DNA from: Candidatus Entotheonellaceae bacterium
Lineage (GTDB): Bacteria; Tectomicrobia; Entotheonellia; Entotheonellales; Entotheonellaceae
NCBI GenBank assembly: GCA_965238075.1
Contig: OZ250173.1
Span: forward strand, 1,408,001 to 1,472,000
DNA length: 64,000 nt
Reading direction: 5' to 3'
Numbering within the stretch: position 1 is the first letter of the stretch; each line of letters opens with the position of its first letter. Below, piece after piece: positions 55,270-64,000 of the stretch. The translations under genes and the position numbers were made by a program. The notes beneath the pieces were generated by a model. The model worked only from the letters and a program-made list of their open reading frames with translations, did no database searches and was not told the DNA's origin.

Positions 55270-56865
55270 ATGTTCGAGCCCCTCCTGCCCTTGCAGTTCC
55301 TGCGCCGCGCGGCGCGGCTCTTTCCCGACAAAACGGCTGTCATCGACGGCGAGCGCCGCTACACGTATCGCCAGTTGGAGGAGCGGGTGCACCGGCTGTC
55401 CAACGCCCTGCGCCAACGCGGTATCGGCAAGGGAGACAAGGTCGCCGTTCTGTCCCCGAACAGCCACCGCATGCTGGAAGCCTTCTTTGCCGTGCCGCAA
55501 ATCGGCGCCGTTCTGGCGCCCCTCAACTACCGCCTCACCACGCCGGATTTCGAGTACATCCTGGACCACGCCGAAACGAAAGCCCTGCTGATCGACTGGG
55601 AGTACGCCCATCAGATCGCCCCGCTGGTGGAGCGCCTGACGAGCCTGCAACACTACCTCCTGCTGCGCGGCGACGAGACGCCGAGCGCCGTCCTGCCCGC
55701 GGTGGATTACGAGGACGCCCTGGCTGACGCCGCCGCCGTCTGCCCCGAGCCGCTGCCAATCGACGAAACCGACCTCGCCACGCTGAATTACACCAGCGGC
55801 ACCACGGCGCGGCCCAAGGGCGTCATGCTGACGCACCGCGCCTGCACCATCAACGCCATCCACTTCATGATGTCCCTCTCCGTGCGCCCGACGGAGGTGT
55901 ACCTGCACACCCTGCCGATGTTCCATGCCAACGGCTGGGGCGGCATCTGGGCCGTGGCCGGACTCGGCGGCACCCAGGTCTGCCTGCGCCGGGTGGAAGC
56001 GCAACCGATCTTCGAGCTGATGCAGAGCGAAGCCGTTACGTTGGCCTGCGCGGCGCCAACCGTCCTGGTGACCCTGGCGACCTTCGACGCCAGCCGCGAT
56101 TATCGCTTGGCTGCCGGCGTGCGCATCGGCACGGGCGGCGCCGCACCCGCCGCCGCGGTGTTGCGGCGCATGGAGGACCTGGGCATCGAGGTCGTTCACC
56201 TCTACGGCCTCACCGAGACCGGCCCCTTCCTCACCTCGTGCGAGGCGCAACCCGTCTGGGACGGCCTGGACGTGCAGGCGCGCTACCGCCTGAAAGCCCG
56301 GCAAGGCATCGCGCAGCTCTTTGCCGACGTGCGCGTAATGGATGAGCAGCTATGCGAGGTGCCGATGGACGGCCAAACCATTGGCGAGATCGTGGCGCGC
56401 GGCAACAACGTCATGGAGGGCTATTACAAACAGCCCGAGGAGACCGCCAGCGTCATGCGCGGCGGCTGGTTCCACACCGGCGACCTCGCGGTGGTGCACC
56501 CGGATGGCTACATCGAGGTGGTCGACCGCCTCAAGGACGTCATCATCAGCGGCGGGGAGAACATCTCATCAGTCGAGGTGGAATCCATGCTCTACGAACA
56601 CCCGGCGGTGCTCGAAGCGGCGGTGGTGGGGGTGCCGGACAGCCGCTGGGGCGAGGTGCCCAAGGCGCTGGTGGTTCTCAGGCCGCAACGTCACGCCGAC
56701 GAGCGTGAGCTGATCACCTTCTGCCGCGACCGCATGGCCCATTTCAAGGCGCCCAAGTCGGTCGAATTCCTCGATACACTGCCCAAAACGGCCACCGGCA
56801 AGGTGCAGAAATTCGCCCTGCGCGAGGCGTATTGGCAGGCGCACGAAAGCCGCGTTCAGGGCTGA
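55270..56865 (+). CDS. Long-chain-fatty-acid/acyl-CoA ligase
   Basis: YTSGTTARPKG, YGLTE, GWFHTGD, DRLKDVIISGGENISS, PKTATGK. Confidence 0.95.
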   Translation: MFEPLLPLQFLRRAARLFPDKTAVIDGERRYTYRQLEERVHRLSNALRQRGIGKGDKVAVLSPNSHRMLEAFFAVPQIGAVLAPLNYRLTTPDFEYILDHAETKALLIDWEYAHQIAPLVERLTSLQHYLLLRGDETPSAVLPAVDYEDALADAAAVCPEPLPIDETDLATLNYTSGTTARPKGVMLTHRACTINAIHFMMSLSVRPTEVYLHTLPMFHANGWGGIWAVAGLGGTQVCLRRVEAQPIFELMQSEAVTLACAAPTVLVTLATFDASRDYRLAAGVRIGTGGAAPAAAVLRRMEDLGIEVVHLYGLTETGPFLTSCEAQPVWDGLDVQARYRLKARQGIAQLFADVRVMDEQLCEVPMDGQTIGEIVARGNNVMEGYYKQPEETASVMRGGWFHTGDLAVVHPDGYIEVVDRLKDVIISGGENISSVEVESMLYEHPAVLEAAVVGVPDSRWGEVPKALVVLRPQRHADERELITFCRDRMAHFKAPKSVEFLDTLPKTATGKVQKFALREAYWQAHESRVQG

Positions 56866-56999
56866 TATCCCGTCCCCTGTAGCCGCTCCAGATCGCGCGG
56901 CAATCCTGCAACAGAAACGCCGTGACCCGCCTTGAAACTTGCAAGTGGGTACGATACTGTAAGCTGACCTTTCACTTGCACCAACATAGGACACAAACG

Positions 57000-57545
57000 A
57001 TGGCAGATGCACGGTACGACTTTGCGTCAGTGGACGCGATCGACGCGGAATCAATCGGCGAGCCCGGCAAGCGGACGTTCCGGGTGCGGGTTCTGGAGGG
57101 TGATCAATCGGCTGCCCTGTGGGTGGAGAAACAACTCCTGGCTACCTTGGGGGAATCCTTGCCGCGCCTGCTTGATCAACTCAACACGTCGGATCAGCAC
57201 AGCGGCGAGGAGGGCGATACCATCACGCTGTTTCCCGACGATCCCACGGTGGAATTCAAAGTGGGCCGCATGGCCCTGGGATACGCAGCGAGCGAAGACT
57301 ATGTGGTCCTCGTCGCCCACGACGTCGAGGAGGGCGAGGACGATCTGCCGCCAACTTTTTCCTGCCGCTTCACCCGCCGGCAGGCGCGGATGCTGAGCGA
57401 GGCTTGCTCCGAGGCCGTCGCCGGCGGTCGCCCCACCTGCCCACTGTGCCAGCGTCCCATGGACATCGAGGGCCACATGTGTCCCCGCTCCAACGGACAC
57501 CAGAAAGTCCACCTCCGCGAGGAGGGTGAGGACGACGCCCTGTAA
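57000..57545 (+). CDS. DUF3090 family protein (C-terminal zinc ribbon)
   Basis: IGEPGKRTF, VEKQ, EFKVGRMALGY, GRPTCPLC..PMD..GHMCPRSNGH. Confidence 0.85.
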   Translation: MADARYDFASVDAIDAESIGEPGKRTFRVRVLEGDQSAALWVEKQLLATLGESLPRLLDQLNTSDQHSGEEGDTITLFPDDPTVEFKVGRMALGYAASEDYVVLVAHDVEEGEDDLPPTFSCRFTRRQARMLSEACSEAVAGGRPTCPLCQRPMDIEGHMCPRSNGHQKVHLREEGEDDAL

Positions 57546-57560
57546 GCTCCACGCTGTTCC

Positions 57561-58184
57561 CTACAGCAGGATGTGCAGATGGTTCCAGCCGGGATCGAAC
57601 ATATCCTCTTCGGACAAGCCGTCGTCTTCGTTGCCGGGCACCACGTAGGTGGCGTCAGCCTGAATCGTTCTCGGATCGATAGTCGTGAGGCCCTGTACCA
57701 GGGCGGAAAAAGTGTCCTTCAGGAAGGCGGCGTCCTCGCTCTCCACAGCCTCGGCCGGGCGGTACGGACCGTCGAGCAGAAACGCCAGCGTCACCACGAC
57801 GTAGTCCTTGCGGTTTGAGGTGCGGCGCAGGTCGTCGATCTCCTCGTCGATCTCTTCTTCCTCGGTAGCGATACTGCCCTCGATTTCGTCCCGCCACGTA
57901 TCGAACTCTTCCCTGGCAGATTCAGCCTGATCGACATACTCCCAATACCCGTAGGTCCAGAATAGCTCGGACTCCTCCAGCAGGGCCAGAAAGCGCTTGA
58001 TGAAGCGGCGTTTCTCGTCCACGTTGCTGCCGTTGCGGCGGTCGTCTTGCAGCACGTGGGCAAAGCCCGCCCGCACCGTGTCCTCGCCGAAGCACTTGAT
58101 GGCGATCTGCAGGCCGAAGAAGTAGGTATCCGACGCGCCGCCGAACCAACGGCTGATTTTCCCCATGAAGCCCTGTGTGGCCAT
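57561..58184 (-). CDS. Acidic conserved protein, DUF1517-like
   Basis: FFGLQIAI, FWTYG, AREEFDTW, DYVVVTL, EDDGLSEED; RBS GGAGG; family call tentative. Confidence 0.6.
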   Translation of the reverse strand: MATQGFMGKISRWFGGASDTYFFGLQIAIKCFGEDTVRAGFAHVLQDDRRNGSNVDEKRRFIKRFLALLEESELFWTYGYWEYVDQAESAREEFDTWRDEIEGSIATEEEEIDEEIDDLRRTSNRKDYVVVTLAFLLDGPYRPAEAVESEDAAFLKDTFSALVQGLTTIDPRTIQADATYVVPGNEDDGLSEEDMFDPGWNHLHILL

Positions 58185-58210
58185 TGGCGCCTCCGTATGA
58201 AATTACCCGG

Positions 58211-58312
58211 CCCCCTCGCCGGGGGGAGGGGATCACTGCTTTCCGGCTTCCCTCAAGATAGCGGGAATTTTCTGCTCCCTCTCCCCTTGTGGGAGAGGGT
58301 TGGGGTGAGGGG
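58211..58312. repeat. Pair of palindromes of a third REP-like family
   Basis: CCCCCTCGCCGGGGGGAGGGG and CTCCCTCTCCCCTTGTGGGAGAGGGTTGGGGTGAGGGG, intergenic. Confidence 0.6.
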
Positions 58313-58339
58313 AAATCTGCAGTGAGACACGGCCCATTT

Positions 58340-59671
58340 TTACAGGCTGAAGCCCCGCCCGCGTCCAAAGGACCCGGAGCGGCGGCCCATGCGGGAACGC
58401 GAGCCCAACCCGGTGACGCGCCCGCCGCTGCTGCGCACCGTGGTGCGGCCAAAGCCCGAGGGTTTGCGCCGCCCGACGCCGCGTTGGCCCCCCACGCCTC
58501 TGCCGCTGAACATCGTGGGGCGTGGACGCGCTTGGTAGTTGGGCCGCCGGACGCCCGCCGGACGTCTAAGATCGCCTCTGGCCACGCCGCGCCCGGCAAA
58601 GCCGCCGCCGGCGTACATCGGGTAATAAAGCATCGGACGGGGTAGCAAGAAGGAATAGAGGAGAAAGAAGCCGAGGTGTGAGCTCAGGCCGCCGCCGTAG
58701 TAGTAGTGCTTCTCCCGCACCGTCTGAGTGGTGCCGTCCGGCTCGGTGCGCTCGACCGTTTCCGTCACCGGCACCAGATCGGTGAGCGGGAATATCTCCA
58801 CGCCCATTTGGGCCGCTTGGTATTCGACAAACAGGGCGTTGAGGTCGTCGCTTTCGTTGCGCTGGCCGCGATTCGGGGTGATGTACATGACCTGCTTGAC
58901 ACCGCGCTGCTGCAACTCCGCCGCCCCGGGCGCACTGGCCAGGAAGCGGTTGTCGAACTGCGTGCTCTCGTCGACGTACGGCGCCAGCCGATCGCTGTCC
59001 AGCAGCAGCAGGCCGGGAGCGCCGTCGGGAAGCGATTCGCGTTGCTTCTGCACCACCCCGGCGAAGGTCAGCAGGGCAGCCAGGGTGTCATGGCTGCGTA
59101 CGACGCCATGCGGGTGCGGCCAGTTGTCGAAGGCCAGCATGAGGTCCACGCCGCTGGCCATGCCGGCGCCGAAGGCCACCGCTTCGGGACCCGGCAAGTC
59201 GGCGATGAAGAAGGTTTCCGAGCCGTTGGTAACTTGGTTCAACAGGTCCTGTTGCAGCGTCTGGCCGCGCCGGAAGGCTTCCTGCATGCGCGGGCTCATG
59301 ATCGGGCGTATCTGCGAGCGCAGGGATTCTTCCCGCAGGGCCTGTATGAGGGTGGGCACGAAGAAGGGCTGCCAGACGGCTTGGCGCGGTTGCCAGGCGG
59401 AGATCAGCCGAGCCGGATCGGTATAGACCTGCCAATCGCCGGAGCCGGCGGCGTCGCGCTGCATGGGCTTGCCCGAAAACACCAGGCGGCGGTCCTTGGC
59501 GCCAACGTTCCAGCCGTGTTGCTGCTGCAGGGTGAGGGTGTCGCCGTTCAGTTCTTCTTCCGAACCGCAGCCGCTCATGCTGAGCAGGGTGGCGAAGGCG
59601 ACCACGCCCTTGCCAAAGGTGCGGCGATCGACCGCCTGCCACCAGTTCGTTACGTTTACGGATTGCTTCAT
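58340..59671 (-). CDS. Tat-exported lipoprotein with C-terminal hydrophobic segment and Gly/Arg-rich tail
   Basis: DRRTFGK twin-Arg motif, lipobox MSGC; DLPGPEAV, FDNWPHPHGVV; tail RKPSGFGR...RSGSFGRGRGFSL. Confidence 0.8.
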   Translation of the reverse strand: MKQSVNVTNWWQAVDRRTFGKGVVAFATLLSMSGCGSEEELNGDTLTLQQQHGWNVGAKDRRLVFSGKPMQRDAAGSGDWQVYTDPARLISAWQPRQAVWQPFFVPTLIQALREESLRSQIRPIMSPRMQEAFRRGQTLQQDLLNQVTNGSETFFIADLPGPEAVAFGAGMASGVDLMLAFDNWPHPHGVVRSHDTLAALLTFAGVVQKQRESLPDGAPGLLLLDSDRLAPYVDESTQFDNRFLASAPGAAELQQRGVKQVMYITPNRGQRNESDDLNALFVEYQAAQMGVEIFPLTDLVPVTETVERTEPDGTTQTVREKHYYYGGGLSSHLGFFLLYSFLLPRPMLYYPMYAGGGFAGRGVARGDLRRPAGVRRPNYQARPRPTMFSGRGVGGQRGVGRRKPSGFGRTTVRSSGGRVTGLGSRSRMGRRSGSFGRGRGFSL

Positions 59672-59683
59672 TTCCCTCTCCCT

Positions 59684-60988
59684 CTAACCCTTGCCAATGA
59701 ATATCGGCGCCGTCACCGCCGTCTCATCCGTCGCCGCCGCCGACAGCCGCGCGTAAAACCCGGCACTGCGCCCGCCGATGACGTAGACCCCATAATTGCA
59801 TAAAAGGCCCGGCGATTCCGGCTCAGCGCGAAAGAAGCGCTGGCACACCCAGTTGGCCGGCAGGGCCTTGGCCACCGCCTCGCGCCACAGATCGGCGCTG
59901 ACGAACGCCCCGCAGATCGTCTCTTCGCTCTCGCAGCCGTAGGCAGATTTCAATACCCAGTCCTGCTGATTCGCCACGAGTTCTTCCGGCGCCACTTGCG
60001 TCATGCGATACGTTTCGGGAATGTAGCGCGCGATCCAACGCTGCGCCGCGGCTGAGAACCGCCGGCGCTCTTCCCACATGAAGGCCATGCTAAGCTTGTT
60101 CTGGCTCACCACCGTACCGAAAGGGTTAACAACCGTTACCTGGCCGGCGTATTCCGCCGACAGTAATAATCGCAACGGGCCGCTCAGCGGCTCGTCGTCG
60201 GGGTACGGCTCGGCATCGGACCACACGACCTGCCGCTCACCCCACCAATCCGTCTTGTAATGCCGGATCAGCAGATCGAGCGGCTCGCCGAACATGGCGA
60301 CCCCTGCCGCGCATTCGTGCAGATTGAACGGCGAGCCCAGCACCACGCGGCAACCGCGCGCCTCCAGCCACTCGCGGTAGATGGCAATCATGGAAAGGTC
60401 TTCGGTCATTTCCGTTGGGTAAAGGATGCCGATAGTGCCCGGCGCCCGCCCGCCGTGTGAGGCCACCAGCATGCGCCAGAAGGCGTCCGGGAGCGCGCGG
60501 TTGGGGTCGTGCACCGCGCCGTGGCACGGATGCAGCAGGCGGTTGAGCAGCACCGCTTCCGCCTCGCCGCTCGGCGTGTCGCTGTTCACCTCGCAGCAGC
60601 GGATGCGGCCGTCGGCGCACACGAACAGGTCGGCCCGCGCAATGCCGTGCCAACGCCCTTGGGCGGCGAACCACATGAGCTTCTGGTACGGGGTGAGGCA
60701 GAAGTAGTCGTCCAGCCAGCGGGGTTCTTCCCAGACGAGATCGACGAGTTCCTGGTACACGGCGCTCACACGTTCGGCGGCCCGGCGCAACGCCCGCGCG
60801 CGGGCCGGAGGCACCACCACGCCCTGCAGGCGGAAGCGCGGCGCCCCGTCGTACCAAGCGTCGTCCAGCACGCCGGTCTCGTAGAGCCGGGCGACGAAGT
60901 CCCCGTACTCGGGCAGCCCATCGTTGCAGCTTGCAGCGGCGGCGTTCGCAGAAGCTTCCGGCGCTGCTGTCGGCATGGTGTACGCCAT
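59684..60988 (-). CDS. Glutathionylspermidine synthase-family ATP-grasp ligase (no amidase domain)
   Basis: ARADLF, CEVNSDTPSG, RHYKTDW, QNKLSMA, WVLKSAYGCE, VCQRF, G.YAR; start reassigned to 60988. Confidence 0.88.
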   Translation of the reverse strand: MAYTMPTAAPEASANAAAASCNDGLPEYGDFVARLYETGVLDDAWYDGAPRFRLQGVVVPPARARALRRAAERVSAVYQELVDLVWEEPRWLDDYFCLTPYQKLMWFAAQGRWHGIARADLFVCADGRIRCCEVNSDTPSGEAEAVLLNRLLHPCHGAVHDPNRALPDAFWRMLVASHGGRAPGTIGILYPTEMTEDLSMIAIYREWLEARGCRVVLGSPFNLHECAAGVAMFGEPLDLLIRHYKTDWWGERQVVWSDAEPYPDDEPLSGPLRLLLSAEYAGQVTVVNPFGTVVSQNKLSMAFMWEERRRFSAAAQRWIARYIPETYRMTQVAPEELVANQQDWVLKSAYGCESEETICGAFVSADLWREAVAKALPANWVCQRFFRAEPESPGLLCNYGVYVIGGRSAGFYARLSAAATDETAVTAPIFIGKG

Positions 60989-60990
60989 TC

Positions 60991-62157
60991 CTACCTCTGT
61001 GCCCGCAAGGGCCGGTAAAACGCGCGGATATCCTCGACCAACGCCTGCGGCTCTTCCAATGCGGCAAAATGACCGCCTGCGGTCATCGGCGACCAGCGCT
61101 GCACGTTGCACACGCGCCTCACCCATTCCTCCGGCGGCCGCATGATCTCGCCCGGGAAAGACGCCACCGCGGTGGGCACCTCGATGCATTCGCCGCGGCC
61201 AAGACGCCAAGGCTCGTGACGCATCTGGTAATACAGCCAAAACGAACTGTTAATCGTCTGCGTCACCCAATAAATCATGATGTTGGTGAGCAGGGCGTCC
61301 TTGCTGACGCGGCTCTCGATGTCGCCGTGGCAATCGGTCCAGGCGTAGAATTTCTCGGTGATCCAGGCGGCCAGACCGGCGGGCGAATCGTTCAGAGCGT
61401 ATGCCAGCGTTTGCGGCCGCGTGCCCTGGATCCACTGGTAGCCCGTCTCCTCCGCCCGCCAGGCATCGGACGCCTTGAGGAACGCCTCCTCGTCAGCCGA
61501 CAGGTTGGCGCGCTCGCTGGGATGCGGCGCCACCGGCACCATGTTGACGTGTATCCCGGCAAGATGCTGCGTGTGCGCGAAGCCGAGGCGCGCCGCAATG
61601 AAGGAGCCCCAGTCACCTCCTTGGGCACCGAAACGCGGGAAGCCAAGCACCTCCGTCATCAGGCGGGCGAACAGGTCGGCCATCTCCTGCACGTTCAATC
61701 GACGCTGGTGCGGAACGTGCGAAAAACCGTACCCCGGCAGCGACGGCGCCACCACGGTGAAGGCGTCCTGTGGGTCGCCGCCGTAGCGCGCCGGGTCGGT
61801 CAGGGGGCCGATGACGTTGACGAATTCGCAGATCGAGCCGGGCCAGCCGTGGCTGACGATCAGGGGCATCGGGTCCGGCCCCACTCCCGTCTGATGGATG
61901 TAATGCAAGAGCACGTCATCCAACCCCACCCGGTACTGCGGGAAGCTGTTCAGCAGCCGTTCCTGGGTGCGCCAGTCGTAGCCGCTCCGCCAGTAGGCAA
62001 CGAGTTCCTTGGCGTAGGCGAGGCTGGTGCCGTATTGCCACTCGCTGCCGGGCACGTCGTCCGGCCAGCGGGTCAGGGCAAGGCGTTGTTGCAGGTCGTC
62101 GAGGACGGCATCGGCAACGTCAATACGGAACGGCTCGGGAGCGGCATGCGGCGCCAT
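60991..62157 (-). CDS. Epoxide hydrolase (EHN + alpha/beta hydrolase)
   Basis: PFRIDV, YDWR, HGWPGS, PSLPGYGFS, QGGDWG, DSPAGLAAWITEKF, GGHFAALEEP. Confidence 0.95.
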   Translation of the reverse strand: MAPHAAPEPFRIDVADAVLDDLQQRLALTRWPDDVPGSEWQYGTSLAYAKELVAYWRSGYDWRTQERLLNSFPQYRVGLDDVLLHYIHQTGVGPDPMPLIVSHGWPGSICEFVNVIGPLTDPARYGGDPQDAFTVVAPSLPGYGFSHVPHQRRLNVQEMADLFARLMTEVLGFPRFGAQGGDWGSFIAARLGFAHTQHLAGIHVNMVPVAPHPSERANLSADEEAFLKASDAWRAEETGYQWIQGTRPQTLAYALNDSPAGLAAWITEKFYAWTDCHGDIESRVSKDALLTNIMIYWVTQTINSSFWLYYQMRHEPWRLGRGECIEVPTAVASFPGEIMRPPEEWVRRVCNVQRWSPMTAGGHFAALEEPQALVEDIRAFYRPLRAQR

Positions 62158-62211
62158 GATCCCTCCTCAGGGTAGCGACGAACGGGTGGGGGGCGGGAAA
62201 CATCGGAACTG

Positions 62212-62484
62212 CTAGTCGTCTTCGAGGACCAGGGCGTCCTCGAAAGCGTCGGCGGTGATCAGCTTGCGGTCGAGCAGCAATTTATCCAGGCGGGCGACGG
62301 CGTTTCGGAAGTCCAGATAGCCATCGACGGCCAGCGAGATGCCTTTGCGGGTGGGACGATACTCGCCCTCGTCGTCCGTGTAGTAGACGCGCACGTCGAT
62401 GAGCTGGCGACCGCGAAACTCGGTTAAGGATACGCGCACAACCTCGGTGGCGTTCTTCTCAAATTGGGTGATCAGTTCGTCCAT
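62212..62484 (-). CDS. PC4/p15 (YdbC-like) ssDNA-binding protein
   Basis: FEKNATEVVRVSLTEFRGRQLIDVRVYY...PTRKGISL. Confidence 0.9.
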   Translation of the reverse strand: MDELITQFEKNATEVVRVSLTEFRGRQLIDVRVYYTDDEGEYRPTRKGISLAVDGYLDFRNAVARLDKLLLDRKLITADAFEDALVLEDD

Positions 62485-62545
62485 TCCGTGTCCCCCCTTT
62501 GTGCCCTCTCGTGCTAGCTGCAGCGCAATCTTGCGATTGTCGGGT

Positions 62546-62575
62546 ATTCTAGGCCGCTGCCGTCGCACCCGTCAA
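62546..62575 (-). promoter_or_regulatory. Sigma70 promoter for the PC4 gene
   Basis: Reverse complement TTGACG-N18-TAGAAT. Confidence 0.55.
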
Positions 62576-62591
62576 CCGCTGACGAGACCGC

Positions 62592-63782
62592 TCAGCAACA
62601 CGCCGCCAGGGCCTGATCGGCGTCGGCAATCAGGTCGTCGGTATCCTCGATGCCGGCGGCGTATCTTACCAGGCTATCGCCGATGCCCAACTTCCGGCGC
62701 TCGTCGGGCGCCAGTTCGTAGTATGACATCAGAGCGGGCTGCTCGACGAGGCTCTCGACGCCGCCGAGGCTCGGCGCGATGTACGGCAGGCGCAGGGCGT
62801 CGATGAAGGCGCTGGTCTGTTCGAGGCTGCCGTCGATCTCGAAACTGACGACGCCGCCGAAGCCGCGCATCTGGCGCTTGGCGACGGCGTGGCAGGGATG
62901 GCTTGGAAGGCCGGGATAGTACACCCGCCGCACCCGTGGATGCCGCTCCAGAAAGGTCGCCAGGGCCATGCCGTTGGCGTTGTGCTGCTGCATGCGCAGG
63001 GCGAAGGTTTTGAGGCCGCGGATCAGCAGGTAGGCGGCGTGCGGATCGCTGATGCCGCCCAGGACGCCTTGCGCCTCCCGCAGCGCGGCGATAATGGGCG
63101 CCTTGCCAACGATGACACCGGCGAGCAGGTCGTTGTGGCCGCCGAGGTATTTGGTAGCGCTGTGCATGACCAGGTCGATGCCGAAGCTCAGGGGATTCTG
63201 GTTGAACGGCGTGGCAAAGGTGCTGTCGACCAGGGTGCGCAGGCGATGCCGCTGCGCGATGGCTGCCAGTTCTTCCAGGTCGAGCACGTGGAGGTAGGGA
63301 TTGGTCGGCGCCTCGGAAAGAACCAGGCGCGTCGTGGGTTGTATCGCCGCTTCGATGGCCTGTGGCTGCGCCGCCGGCACCACCGACACGTCGATACCCA
63401 GCCGCTGCAGCACGCTGTCGCAGAACTGCCGCGTACGGCGGTAGCAATCGGCGGTGGTGATCAGGTGCTGCCCAGGGCGCAGCATGGTGAGCAGCGTGGA
63501 GGTGATGGCGCACATGCCGGAGGCCCACAGCAGGGCGTCGTCGGCGTGTTCGAGGGCGGCTATCTTGCGCTCCGCGGCCTGGATGGTGGGATTGCCGTAG
63601 CGCCCGTACTCGCCCTTGTGGAGGCGGCCTTCCTTGAAGTCGATCAACTCCTGCGTATCACGGAACACGTACGTCGAGGTCTGGTAAATCGGCACTGTTA
63701 GCGCGTCGGCCGTGCGCTGCTGCCGTTCACCGCCGTGAACCGCACGACTGCCGACGCCTTGCGGCGTTCGCTCGCGTGCCAT
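62592..63782 (-). CDS. metB: Cystathionine gamma-synthase-like PLP enzyme
   Basis: [53 protein letters not shown]. Confidence 0.88.
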   Translation of the reverse strand: MARERTPQGVGSRAVHGGERQQRTADALTVPIYQTSTYVFRDTQELIDFKEGRLHKGEYGRYGNPTIQAAERKIAALEHADDALLWASGMCAITSTLLTMLRPGQHLITTADCYRRTRQFCDSVLQRLGIDVSVVPAAQPQAIEAAIQPTTRLVLSEAPTNPYLHVLDLEELAAIAQRHRLRTLVDSTFATPFNQNPLSFGIDLVMHSATKYLGGHNDLLAGVIVGKAPIIAALREAQGVLGGISDPHAAYLLIRGLKTFALRMQQHNANGMALATFLERHPRVRRVYYPGLPSHPCHAVAKRQMRGFGGVVSFEIDGSLEQTSAFIDALRLPYIAPSLGGVESLVEQPALMSYYELAPDERRKLGIGDSLVRYAAGIEDTDDLIADADQALAACC

Positions 63783-64000
63783 GGCAAGCCCTCCAAAACT
63801 CTAGCGGCGTTGTCGTTCAAGCCGGACTTGCGGAGGCGATATGCGGGGTGGTTCAGAGTGCCATCAAGATCGGGGGGTTGAAAGTCTTCCGGGAGAGCCC
63901 AAGCTTTTTAGCAATTTTTTTAGAGTGGTTGCAATATGCCGCAAATCAATCCACTGTCCGAAGCGAATAGTAAAGTTACACCGTAACAGAGGGCCAGCAA

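Noticed and set aside
63783-64000. SAM riboswitch upstream of the metB-like gene
   Set aside because: No recognisable SAM-I or SAM-II core by eye; an Infernal/Rfam scan would settle it

Overview
High-GC window from a diderm bacterium (TonB system, lipoproteins). The gene style and the DQRF coiled-coil repeat protein would fit a host-associated lineage such as sponge-type Tectomicrobia, but this is inference only. All family assignments come from motifs recognised by eye; no searches were run. Intact core/metabolic genes: rnd, SDR, glycerate kinase, phospho-sugar mutase, HpcH aldolases, IOR, fused glyQS, acyl-CoA ligase, epoxide hydrolase, PC4, metB-like. These alternate with heavily eroded accessory DNA: a broken BglII-like R-M pair, a GT4/aminotransferase-III/PEMT remnant, a DUF2325 pseudogene with a Fur box, a DUF499 remnant, a dxr-MMPL-ispA-aspartic-protease fragment chain, and two broken HigBA modules around an IS630 scrap. 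Several lesions are short tandem duplications. Strongest candidates for undescribed systems: (1) a heme-oxygenase-like diiron oxidase translationally coupled to a coproporphyrin-type ferrochelatase with a 4-Cys insert (13.8-15.6 kb); (2) a secreted Asn-Pro-Cys-repeat mini-protein, a Cox11/CtaG-domain protein and a cytochrome c (53.5-55.3 kb); (3) a GSP-synthase-like ATP-grasp, a Tat-lipoprotein with a Gly/Arg tail and a DUF1517-like gene (57.5-61 kb); (4) a TBDR-ExbBD-TonB operon with a 4x40-aa TonB repeat, a 12x calcium-blade protein and an IsdG-like monooxygenase (23.9-30.3 kb). Also present: a compositionally distinct COG3014-YcfL/LpoB/CsgG lipoprotein island, a cp-ATP-grasp/alpha-E/transglutaminase operon with a sigma54-type promoter, and several REP-like palindromes. 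No rRNA, tRNA or CRISPR array was seen.
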